A stretch of DNA of 64,000 nucleotides from Rhodoferax sp. (GTDB taxonomy: Bacteria > Pseudomonadota > Gammaproteobacteria > Burkholderiales > Burkholderiaceae_C). The notes below the pieces were generated by a model, which worked only from the letters and a program-made list of their open reading frames with translations, did no database searches and was not told where the DNA came from. The stretch is from the NCBI GenBank assembly GCA_025356155.1, contig JANXUQ010000096.1, forward strand, positions 1,260-65,259. The letters run 5' to 3'. A program made the position numbers and the translations under genes. Positions within the stretch are counted from its first letter, which is position 1, and each line of letters opens with the position of its first letter. This document shows positions 51,924-60,214 of the stretch, one piece after another.

Positions 51924-53555
51924 ATGCAATTCAAATTTGGTACCGTCGCGAAAGCCTGTTTTTTGTTGGTCACGGCCAGTGCCGCGATGGCGTCGAGCCA
52001 CCGTGAGGCCCCTTTCATCACGACCAGCCCCAAGGTCGATGGCACGGACTTTTATATGTTCCGCAGCTACGAAGGCATCAGCGCCACCGGCACCGGCGGG
52101 CGCAGTGATTACGTCACGATGATCGCCAACTACCAGCCGCTGCAAGGCCCCTATGGTGGCCCCAACTATTTCGCAATGGACCCCAATGCGCTGTATGAGA
52201 TCCACCTGGACAATAACGGCGATGCCAAGGAAGACATCACGTTTCAGTTTCGTTTCACCAACAAGCTCAACAGCGTTCCACTCACCATTGGCGCATCCAG
52301 TGTTGCCATCCCGCTGGTCCAGGCCGGCGCCGTCAGCAAGGTGACCGATCCCAACCTTAACTTGAACGAAACCTACACCGTGGCCATGGTCCGGGGCGAC
52401 CGCCGCAAAGGCACGTCGCAGGCGGTGACCAAGACTGCTGACGGATCAAATACCTTTGAGAAGCCGGTGGACTATATCGGCGTCAAGACGCTGGGTAGCC
52501 CCGCCGCCTACGAAGCCTACGCCCAGAAGCACGTGCATGCCATCAAGGTGCCTGGCTGCCCTGCCGGCAAAGACACTGGCTACGTGTTCGTGGGTCAGCG
52601 CCAGGAGGGCTTTGCCGTCAACCTGGGCACCGTGTTTGACCTGGTCAACGCGCCTGCTGCATTCTTGCTCGACCCCGCCAATAAAGACGCAGCGGGCATG
52701 GGTGGTCAACACTACATCCAGAAGCAAAACATCACGTCCATCGCTCTGGAAGTACACAAGGACTGCCTGACCGCTGGTGCAGACCCCGTCATCGGTGGCT
52801 GGACAACTGCCAGTTTGCGGCAAACACGCTTGCTCAACAGCAAGCCCGCCTCGGGCCATCAGACCAGTGAAAAGGCTGGCGGCGCTTGGGTTCAGGTTTC
52901 GCGCCTGGGCAACCCCTTGGTCAACGAGCTGGTCATCGGCTTGCCAGACAAGGACAAGTTCAATGGCTCCAAGCCACAAGACGACACACAGTTCCTGACC
53001 TATGTGACCAACCCCACGCTGCCTGCGTTGTTGGGTCTGGTCTTGTCTGGAGACACGAAGGCACTGGCACCCACCAACTTGCCACGTACGGATCTGGCCA
53101 CCGTGTTTTTGACCGGTATCACTGGCGTCAACAAGCCAACCAACGCGACCCCATCTGAAGTACTGCGTTTGAACACGGCCGTTGCACCGGTGCAGTTTGC
53201 CGACCAGAACCGTTTGGGCGTGGCGGGAGAGGTGTTGCGGGTCGGTGGCGTTGCCAACCTGGGAGCTGCAAAAGACTTGGCCGGCTTCCCCAACGGACGC
53301 CGCCCCAAGGATGACGTGGTCGACATCGCATTGGTCGCTGTTTTGGGTGGCCTGTGTGTGATCAATGGTGACAACAACGGCCTGGGTCTGAATGGCGTGC
53401 CCGGCGTGCCTTCGTTGACATCGGCGTGCAAGCCCTCCAGCGTGCCGCTGGGTGCCACATCGGCCAACATCCATGATGGCGTTGACCAGGCAACCGTGCC
53501 ATTCTTGACACGCTTCCCGTACCTCAACACCCCCAATGGCGGTACCACCCAGTAA
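51924..53555 (+). CDS. DUF4331 family secreted protein
   Basis: AMA|SSHREAP, DGTDFYMFRS, QVSRLGNPLVNE, GFPNGRR, FPYL; AGGAG RBS. Confidence 0.9.
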   Translation: MQFKFGTVAKACFLLVTASAAMASSHREAPFITTSPKVDGTDFYMFRSYEGISATGTGGRSDYVTMIANYQPLQGPYGGPNYFAMDPNALYEIHLDNNGDAKEDITFQFRFTNKLNSVPLTIGASSVAIPLVQAGAVSKVTDPNLNLNETYTVAMVRGDRRKGTSQAVTKTADGSNTFEKPVDYIGVKTLGSPAAYEAYAQKHVHAIKVPGCPAGKDTGYVFVGQRQEGFAVNLGTVFDLVNAPAAFLLDPANKDAAGMGGQHYIQKQNITSIALEVHKDCLTAGADPVIGGWTTASLRQTRLLNSKPASGHQTSEKAGGAWVQVSRLGNPLVNELVIGLPDKDKFNGSKPQDDTQFLTYVTNPTLPALLGLVLSGDTKALAPTNLPRTDLATVFLTGITGVNKPTNATPSEVLRLNTAVAPVQFADQNRLGVAGEVLRVGGVANLGAAKDLAGFPNGRRPKDDVVDIALVAVLGGLCVINGDNNGLGLNGVPGVPSLTSACKPSSVPLGATSANIHDGVDQATVPFLTRFPYLNTPNGGTTQ

Positions 53556-53581
53556 TCAAACATCTACGTGAGGACTGCAAC

Positions 53582-53854
53582 ATGCAAACAACTTCTAGAA
53601 AGCAATTGCTGCTGGTGGCATTGGGCACCGTGGCCCTCTTGGCAGCCTGTGGCGGCGGCGGTGGGAGCAGCGAGCCCGCACCCCCCGCAGTGGTAGCGGG
53701 TACCGATGTACCCGTGGCGGTCGAGCAGAGCGTCAAGGGCGTTATCGACTACGCAAAGGCCCAGATTGCCGCGACGAGTGAGACCAGCGATCCACAGATC
53801 ATTGGTAACGCCAAGCTGTTCACAGATGACACAGCGGAACCGTCGGACATCTAG
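53582..53854 (+). CDS. Small lipoprotein
   Basis: LLAAC lipobox then Gly linker; GAGGA RBS. Confidence 0.8.
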   Translation: MQTTSRKQLLLVALGTVALLAACGGGGGSSEPAPPAVVAGTDVPVAVEQSVKGVIDYAKAQIAATSETSDPQIIGNAKLFTDDTAEPSDI

Positions 53855-53885
53855 CCCGATCTAACCGCCACAGTGCGAAAATGAC

Positions 53886-53916
53886 AAGACCACCGCCGTG
53901 CGGTGGTCTTTCTTTT
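53886..53916 (+). terminator. Intrinsic terminator
   Basis: AAGACCACCGC-CGT-GCGGTGGTCTT followed by TCTTTT. Confidence 0.7.
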
Positions 53917-53930
53917 CCTATCCCCCGCAC

Positions 53931-54809
53931 ATGCACATAATCGTCGCTTCTCGCCACGCCCTTCTGGTTGGCCTGCTAGGCCTGGCACCCGCACTACAGG
54001 CGCACGAATTCTGGTTCGCGCCGATTGCATCGCCGCAAACCGTGGGCAGCACTGTGACGCTGCGGTTGGAAGTCGGTGAGCTTTTTAACGGAGACGCAGC
54101 CGGCTTCTCCATCCCCACCACCAAGGCCTTGCGCCACTTCAGCGCCAAAGCTCCGGTCGAAGACCTCAAGCCTTTTCTACCCCCCAAGGACCGCGAGGCC
54201 GAAGTGGAACTGGCGCTGGACACGCCCGGCACGCACTTGTTGGCCTATGACAGCGCGCCGCTACGTATCTCGCTGGAGGCCGGCAGATTTCATGCCTACT
54301 TACACGATGAAGGACTGGATTTTGTGAAAACCCAACGCGAGAAAGCCGGCACTGTCGACCAACCCGGGCGCGAACGCTATCGCCGCAACATCAAAACCCT
54401 GATCGCGGTCGGCACCGAGCCCAAAGCCATGCAAGCACTGGACCAGACCTACGCCAAACACGCCAGCCAGCGCCTGGAGATCACACCCCTGCACAACCCG
54501 CTGGCCATGGCGCCGGGCGAGGCCCTGCCCGTCCAAATCGTGTTCGATGACAAGCCCCTGGTCGGCGCGCTGGTTAAAGCCTGGCATAAGCACGATGGTC
54601 AATTGGTGATGATCCGCGCCACCACGTCCGCCCAAGGCGAAGTGGTATTTAACCTACCCTATGCTGGCGATTGGATGGTCAGCGTGGTTCATATGATTGC
54701 CGCTGAAAACAGTGGCGATGAAGAAGGGCATGAAGAAGGCGTGGACTGGGACAGCTTCTGGGGCAATCTGTCGTTCCATCTGCCAACCGGGTCACTCCTG
54801 AAAAGATAG
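53931..54809 (+). CDS. DUF4198 family periplasmic protein
   Basis: LQA|HEFW, YLHDEGL, ERYRRNIK, LEITP, SFWGNLSF. Confidence 0.85.
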   Translation: MHIIVASRHALLVGLLGLAPALQAHEFWFAPIASPQTVGSTVTLRLEVGELFNGDAAGFSIPTTKALRHFSAKAPVEDLKPFLPPKDREAEVELALDTPGTHLLAYDSAPLRISLEAGRFHAYLHDEGLDFVKTQREKAGTVDQPGRERYRRNIKTLIAVGTEPKAMQALDQTYAKHASQRLEITPLHNPLAMAPGEALPVQIVFDDKPLVGALVKAWHKHDGQLVMIRATTSAQGEVVFNLPYAGDWMVSVVHMIAAENSGDEEGHEEGVDWDSFWGNLSFHLPTGSLLKR

Positions 54810-54847
54810 CAGTCAGCGCATATATTACGAGGGCTACAGGCCTATTT
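54794..54847 (+). repeat. 54-bp dispersed element, copy 7 (supplies DUF4198 stop)
   Basis: ACTCC-N7-ATAGC-N17-CGAGGGCTAC-AGGCCTATTT. Confidence 0.8.
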
Positions 54848-54961
54848 CTCCATAGCCGCACGCACATAATGCAGGGCAAGCTTCTCGGTCAGCAGCGGGT
54901 GGCTTTCTTCATTTGGCGCAGGGTTTAGTTGCCACGGTGCGCTGTTGCAGGTGCAAGCCGC

Positions 54962-55036
54962 ATGAACCGCGTGCTGACCCGAGAAATTCTCGACGAGCTC
55001 CCGGTTGACGACGTGCGGACTATCCGTTCACGCAGG
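54962..55036 (+). pseudogene. N-terminal remnant of a probable methyltransferase
   Basis: MNRVLTREILDELPVDDVRTIRSRR resembles E-x-LD-x-LP-x-DD...RSRRDL methyltransferase N-termini; similarity stops abruptly. Confidence 0.45.
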
Positions 55037-55039
55037 ATT

Positions 55040-55235
55040 CCGCGGCAACTCCCTCGGCATGGCCGACCTGTTGTTCACGGTGGAAGACCAATTCCCCATC
55101 ATCCTGCCGCCCGAGCAAGTGGCGTTGCCCACATTGGGTGACGCAGTGACTTTCATTGACGGTCTGATTGGGGCCCAGAGTGGCCGCATCGTGCACCCCA
55201 AACACGTCGCCGCCAAGACCTTGCTAACCGCATGA
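55040..55235 (+). pseudogene. Acyl carrier protein remnant
   Basis: GNSLGMADLLFTVEDQF...TLGDAVTFID matches an ACP C-terminal half; N-terminus missing and DSL reads NSL. Confidence 0.65.
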
Positions 55236-55694
55236 GACGGGTCGCGGTGACGGGCATTGGCGTTGTCTCGCCACTGGGCAACAGCGCGCAAGCACTATTT
55301 GACCAAGCCTGCGCTGGTCATAGCGCGACAGACCGCCTGCAGGCCCCATTTGCCAGCCGGCTGGCGGCGCGTCAGGCTTTGGCCGATGCACGGCTTGAGA
55401 TGGAAATGGTGGACCGCGGTCGGGCCGGGGGTTTTGTGGGGACCGGCATGGGCGGCTCGATCAGCAGTGACGAGGGCTACCAGACCCTGTAAGGCGAAGC
55501 GCGGTTGCCGGTGGAGCCGAAGCACCGCTATCGTTCGGCTCCATGAAGGACTGAGAAGCGTCGCTGACCTGGACTACGTGCCCAACACGGGGCGGACCGG
55601 CGTGGCAGTGCGCACCATGTTGTCGAATTCATTCGCGTTTGGTGGGACCAACGCCGTACTGGTCTTGGGTGGTGCAGCACCGCCGCGCCACTGA
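55232..55694 (+). pseudogene. Beta-ketoacyl-ACP synthase (FabF-like) remnant
   Basis: [16 protein letters not shown] and GTGMGG, stop at 55492, then DLDYVPN...[14 protein letters not shown] in another frame; catalytic core absent. Confidence 0.8.
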
Positions 55695-56569
55695 AAGCGC
55701 TGCATCGGCCACAGCCAATTCCACAGCGGCACCGTCCAGCTGGCCAAAAACAGCACCACGATCAGGCCATGGGGTTTGAACAGTACGAACTGCCACACAA
55801 ACGCCCCCACCGCCACTAGCACCGCATAGGCAATGCGCACGCTGGCGCGCTGCGGGGTGGTCATCGGGTCCGAGACCATGAAGAAGGCAAACAGCAAGAC
55901 GGCGCCATTGCTGGCCTGCTGCAGCCACATGGCGCCGCCAGGGTTCCAGGCGTAGCCCAGCACCCACAGACGCCCACCCAATAGCAGCGCCCAGCTGGCC
56001 AGGAATGCCAGTGACACATCCCACCGGCTCACCCGCTGCGTGACCAGACCGCCCAGTGCGATGAACCACAGCGCGGCCAGGCTCTCAGACCCCCATTGCC
56101 CCGGGCTCAGCCAGGCGCCGGGCAGCCAGGCCCAGGCCGCAAAAGCCGCGAAGTTGGCCGGGTTCAGTAGGTGGCTCTTGCAGGCTGCTGGGCCGCCACG
56201 TATGAGGTATTTGCTGCTCATGGCGGCGCAGGCCAGTACCGGGTGCACCCAGGCGTTCTCGGCACGCACCAGGATGCACATGCCAAAGCTGGAAATCAAC
56301 GCGCTCAGGTAGCCGCCCCAATTGCGCTTGCCGGGCAGGTTCAAGCCCCACTGCCACGCGGCCTGGGTCAGCAAGGCGCTGCCAAAGGTCAGCAGCACCT
56401 GCGCGCCAGTCAGCGCAAAGTCGCGTCCAAATGCGCCCAACGCCAGGAAGCTGGCCAGGAACAGAATCTGGAACCAGCGGGCGTCCAGTCGGGCCCACAT
56501 CCGCTGGGAACTTACAACAAACTGGCCGCTAGCCCTCGTAGAATATAGCGATGCCACTACTGTATTCAT
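55574..56569 (-). CDS. RnfD/NqrB-like membrane protein
   Basis: [40 protein letters not shown]. Confidence 0.8.
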   Translation of the reverse strand: MNTVVASLYSTRASGQFVVSSQRMWARLDARWFQILFLASFLALGAFGRDFALTGAQVLLTFGSALLTQAAWQWGLNLPGKRNWGGYLSALISSFGMCILVRAENAWVHPVLACAAMSSKYLIRGGPAACKSHLLNPANFAAFAAWAWLPGAWLSPGQWGSESLAALWFIALGGLVTQRVSRWDVSLAFLASWALLLGGRLWVLGYAWNPGGAMWLQQASNGAVLLFAFFMVSDPMTTPQRASVRIAYAVLVAVGAFVWQFVLFKPHGLIVVLFLASWTVPLWNWLWPMQRFQWRGGAAPPKTSTALVPPNANEFDNMVRTATPVRPVLGT

Positions 56570-56572
56570 AGC
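56519..56572 (-). repeat. 54-bp dispersed element, copy 8 (supplies ATG of RnfD-like ORF)
   Basis: Minus strand GCTAT-N7-GTAGT-N17-CGAGGGCTAG-CGGCCAGTTT. Confidence 0.8.
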
Positions 56573-56581
56573 AAATATCCC

Positions 56582-58255
56582 CTATTGCGTGTTCTTGCTG
56601 CCGAACAGCGTTGCCCACCAGGAGCCCGTCGGCGCGGTGCTCTGTGGCCCGCTGATGGCGATGCCCGTATAGCGGTCCGCGCCGGGCATGGCGTCTATGG
56701 TGCTCAGCTTCCAGCCGGTCAGCTGGGCCAGGGTCAGCTTCTCGGTATCCAGCCGCTTGGGCAGGTCGCTCTGGTAGTAGCGGGCCGCACTGTCTATGCC
56801 CGCCCGCTTGGATTCCACGCAACTGCTGACGCAATCGCGCTGCAGCGCCAGCGGGTCTTTGTCGCGGTACAAGGCGCTCTGGCCTTCGGACGTGGGCGCG
56901 GACAAGACCTGCGCCACGCGGGGTTTGCACATGGCCTCGCAGTCCATCTGACCCACCTTGGCACTGCACTGGGCGACGCTGCTGTCATACGGGTTTTGCA
57001 CCACGTAACGGGTCTGCCAGTTCTGACGGTCCTTGGTCTGCGTGAACATCAGGTCTTCGGGAAAGGTGTTGGGCGTGTAGCGCACATGCAGGCGGGTGAG
57101 CACCACGGGCTGCGCGCCACCACCCATATTCGGTGGCAGCAAACTCTTGATGGCGGGGCTGGGGGGCAGGGTCATCGCTTTGAAGTTGTCTTGTGCATTG
57201 CCGTCGGCCCAGAACACACCCGCACCGCGCAGCTCGTCCTTGGTCAGGGGGTTGGCGGCACAAGGGTCGCACCAGCCCATGTCCCAGAAGTATTCGGTAA
57301 ACACCACACGGTGGTCTTCCTTGCGGGCCTGGGTGTCAAACAGCGCCTTGTAGAAATCCTGGAACTTGGGCTTGATGAAGAACGGCAGATTGACGTTAGC
57401 CGGCAGTTTGACCGTGCGGTAGTTGCTGCTCTCCACACGGCCGTCCTTGGTCAGTAGGTAGACGATCAGATCCTGCGGCTTCTCGGGTGCGGCGTTGAGC
57501 ATGCCCAGGCGCATGGGCAGCATGAACTTGTCGCTCTCAAAGGCAAACTGCAGCGGGCGCAGCGTGGTGTAGCCAGTCTTGAGCTGCTCCTTGAGATTGA
57601 CCTTGGCGACAAAGAACTTCATGCCCTGGTTGATATAGGCCTTGGGGATCTTGTAGCCGTTTTCGCCCAGCCAGGTCTCCAGCCCGTCGGACTGCGTGGC
57701 CGACAGGCTGACGATGTCGTATTCCTCCAGCGTGTACTGCGCCTCTACCGTTACGCCCAGCGCCTTGTCGCGCATCATCTCACCCGCTGCGCGCATGCTG
57801 GGGGCGGCCGCCGCCATGGGTGCCGGCAGCGCATGGCGCATCAGCATTTGTTGCTGGCCCCAATCAAAGCGAACCTGGCAAGGATCGTTGTCGTGGTACT
57901 CCGCCAGGCGCGGGCTGCTGTAGGCGTCCAGCCGCTCGAAGGTGAGCTTGTCGGCCACCCGCACCTGCCCCTTTTGCAACGTGGTCGGGGTAGGTACCAC
58001 CAGGGCAAACTCACTGAGCGGCCCCTTGTAGTCGTTGAGCATGGAGAGGACCGTGCGCTTGCCATCGCGCACCACCACGACCTGGCTGGCCTCGTTGAAC
58101 AGATTGGCATCGGCCTTGCCGGCATAGAAACCGCAAAATGCTTGGGCCGGTAGCGGCAAACAAGCCGCAAGGGCTAGCCCGCATAGCGCGGTCTTGATGC
58201 GGTGGGTGACGCGGCGGGTGGTGCGGGTCGGGTGGGTCGTTGGATGGGCTTGCAT
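56582..58255 (-). CDS. DUF2330 family secreted protein
   Basis: AQA|FCGFY, LFNEASQV, FMLPMRLG, CDPC, LTRLHVRY. Confidence 0.88.
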   Translation of the reverse strand: MQAHPTTHPTRTTRRVTHRIKTALCGLALAACLPLPAQAFCGFYAGKADANLFNEASQVVVVRDGKRTVLSMLNDYKGPLSEFALVVPTPTTLQKGQVRVADKLTFERLDAYSSPRLAEYHDNDPCQVRFDWGQQQMLMRHALPAPMAAAAPSMRAAGEMMRDKALGVTVEAQYTLEEYDIVSLSATQSDGLETWLGENGYKIPKAYINQGMKFFVAKVNLKEQLKTGYTTLRPLQFAFESDKFMLPMRLGMLNAAPEKPQDLIVYLLTKDGRVESSNYRTVKLPANVNLPFFIKPKFQDFYKALFDTQARKEDHRVVFTEYFWDMGWCDPCAANPLTKDELRGAGVFWADGNAQDNFKAMTLPPSPAIKSLLPPNMGGGAQPVVLTRLHVRYTPNTFPEDLMFTQTKDRQNWQTRYVVQNPYDSSVAQCSAKVGQMDCEAMCKPRVAQVLSAPTSEGQSALYRDKDPLALQRDCVSSCVESKRAGIDSAARYYQSDLPKRLDTEKLTLAQLTGWKLSTIDAMPGADRYTGIAISGPQSTAPTGSWWATLFGSKNTQ

Positions 58256-58465
58256 GCGGCGCCTTTCAGAGTTGCGGAGTTAGCTTAAACGACCAGGCAC
58301 CCCAAATGGGGTTAAACCCATTCAACTTTTCACCACCGTTCATCTCAGTATTTACCCTGAGCATCACGCCCAGCCGCCGTTCGTCACATAGCGCGTGCAA
58401 TGCCCATTCGGCGGCAATACATTCTCTTCAACGGGCCGCAGTGGCCCCAATTAGGAGAGATAAAA

Positions 58466-58657
58466 ATGTTCACATCCTCGAATCGCACGACACGTTTGGC
58501 CAGCTTCACCTTTGCGGTTTTGATGGCCGTCGCCGTCAACGGCAGCATGCTGATGAAGTTCGACAGCGTAGCTACAGAAGCTTCGATCGCACAAGCCGCC
58601 CAGCCTCGCAATGTGGCGGTTTTGGAAACCGTCACCATCGTCGGCCGCCGCATCTAA
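58466..58657 (+). CDS. Small membrane-anchored hypothetical protein
   Basis: AGGAGA RBS; 63 aa with one hydrophobic helix and C-terminal LETVTIVGRR. Confidence 0.7.
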   Translation: MFTSSNRTTRLASFTFAVLMAVAVNGSMLMKFDSVATEASIAQAAQPRNVAVLETVTIVGRRI

Positions 58658-58719
58658 GACGCCCAGTGCCAGCCTGGCGCAGGGCGGTGGCTTAACGCCT
58701 AGTTGCGTTTGCCACCATT

Positions 58720-59186
58720 GAAATTGCCTTTGACAGTGGCCCGGATCACGGTGTTGAACTTGCTGACCAGTTCCCTTTTTATGCTCCGGCTCCGGCTCCG
58801 GCTCCGGCGGCACCGCGCCGCGCAGTGCATGCGCCACGCCTTCACCATCGCCTATCAGAAAGAAAGCCAGGTACAGCGTGATGAACAGGCTGGTGACGAA
58901 TTCAAAGGTGAACTGGCCAATGCCCAGCGCCTGCGCGGCGAGAAACTGCCTACCCTGCGCCAGCGCGGCGGCGAGCCGCCGCTGCAGCCAGTGTAGGCCG
59001 CCCCTTGAGCCGAACCAGCAGCAGCCGGTACACTGGCGCGAACAACAGCGCAATGATGGCGCCCCACATGATGGCCCCGTAGAACGGCAACAGTATCCAG
59101 CCGAGCGCCAGGGTCACCAACACCAACAGTGGCAACAGGGCACGGTTTTTGGACGCAGCAGAGGCTTGTTCATTGCTTGGGTTCAT
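58720..59186 (-). pseudogene. AI-2E family transporter remnant
   Basis: WILLPFYGAIMWGAIIALLFAPVY, LYLAFFLIGDG and TVIRATVKG lie in different frames, with deletions. Confidence 0.75.
58783..58806. repeat. Hexamer tandem repeat (GCTCCG)x4
   Basis: Directly visible inside the AI-2E remnant. Confidence 0.85.
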
Positions 59187-59295
59187 GGGGGAAGTTTCTC
59201 AAGAGCGCACCGGGATCCGCAGCGCCATCGTGGCAGAGCCAGACCCTTCTCCCCTGCACCGCTGAACAGATGGGCGCCTTACGGATAATGCCCCC

Positions 59296-60090
59296 ATGAA
59301 CATCTGGACCAACCCAAACGCATGGCACTGGCTTGGCAGCGCCTTCACTTACAACTTTGTCCACGAGGGCATGTTCTACCTGGTGGCCGCTCTGTCGCTT
59401 TGGCTGGTAGTGCACAAGTGGCTACACCAGCGCCTGGTGCACCGGGTGATTGCAGGCTGGCCCACCAGCGCCGATGTTCGGCGCGAGATGGCATATTCGT
59501 TCTCAACGCTACTGATCTTCTCCGCCCAGGGCATGGTCGTGTTTGCCAGCATCGCGCGCGACGATATGGTTATCTACTTCAAGTCTGATCAATATGGTTA
59601 CTGGTGGTTGGCCCTCAGCCTGCCCGCCATGCTGCTGTGGCACGACTTCTACTTTTACTGGACACACCGCCTGCTGCACAGCCGCTGGCTTTTCCGCCGC
59701 GTACACGGCGTGCACCACCGCTCGCGCAACCCGTCGCCGTGGGCGGCGTATGCATTCCACCCTATCGAGGCATTCGTCAACAGCTTGGTAACACCACTAG
59801 CGCTGCTAGTGGTGCCGCTGCACGGCCTGGTGCTGCTGGCCTTCACCTTCCACCAGATCGTACGCAACGCCCACGGGCACCTGTCCATAGAGACCATGCC
59901 GCGCGGCTTTGCACGGCATTGGCTGGGTGGGCGCTTCACCACGACGACACACCACCACCTGCACCACGAAACCGCGCAGGGCAACTATGGGCTGTGGTTT
60001 ACCTGGTGGGACCGGTGGATGGGGACAGAGCGGGGTGATTACCACGCAAGATTTGAGAAGGTGACGGCGGGTCAATCAGAGCCCATTTGA
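59296..60090 (+). CDS. Sterol desaturase / fatty acid hydroxylase family protein
   Basis: His boxes HRLLH, HGVHH, HHHLHH; AFHPIE; NYGLWFTWWD. Confidence 0.9.
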   Translation: MNIWTNPNAWHWLGSAFTYNFVHEGMFYLVAALSLWLVVHKWLHQRLVHRVIAGWPTSADVRREMAYSFSTLLIFSAQGMVVFASIARDDMVIYFKSDQYGYWWLALSLPAMLLWHDFYFYWTHRLLHSRWLFRRVHGVHHRSRNPSPWAAYAFHPIEAFVNSLVTPLALLVVPLHGLVLLAFTFHQIVRNAHGHLSIETMPRGFARHWLGGRFTTTTHHHLHHETAQGNYGLWFTWWDRWMGTERGDYHARFEKVTAGQSEPI

Positions 60091-60214
60091 ACTCTCGCAG
60101 TCGCCCGCCAGCGGCCTCTGATGGCAGTGACATCCGATTACAGTTTTTCTGAAATGCAGTGGTTGCATGCCCTTACCATGGCGCAACTTTTGAAGCCCTG
60201 TGGAGAGACATGCC

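Noticed and set aside
55574-56569. Complete Rnf/Nqr respiratory complex
   Set aside because: Only one RnfD-like subunit is present, paired with DUF2330
58783-58806. Phase-variation tract
   Set aside because: The unit length is a multiple of three and it lies in an already broken gene
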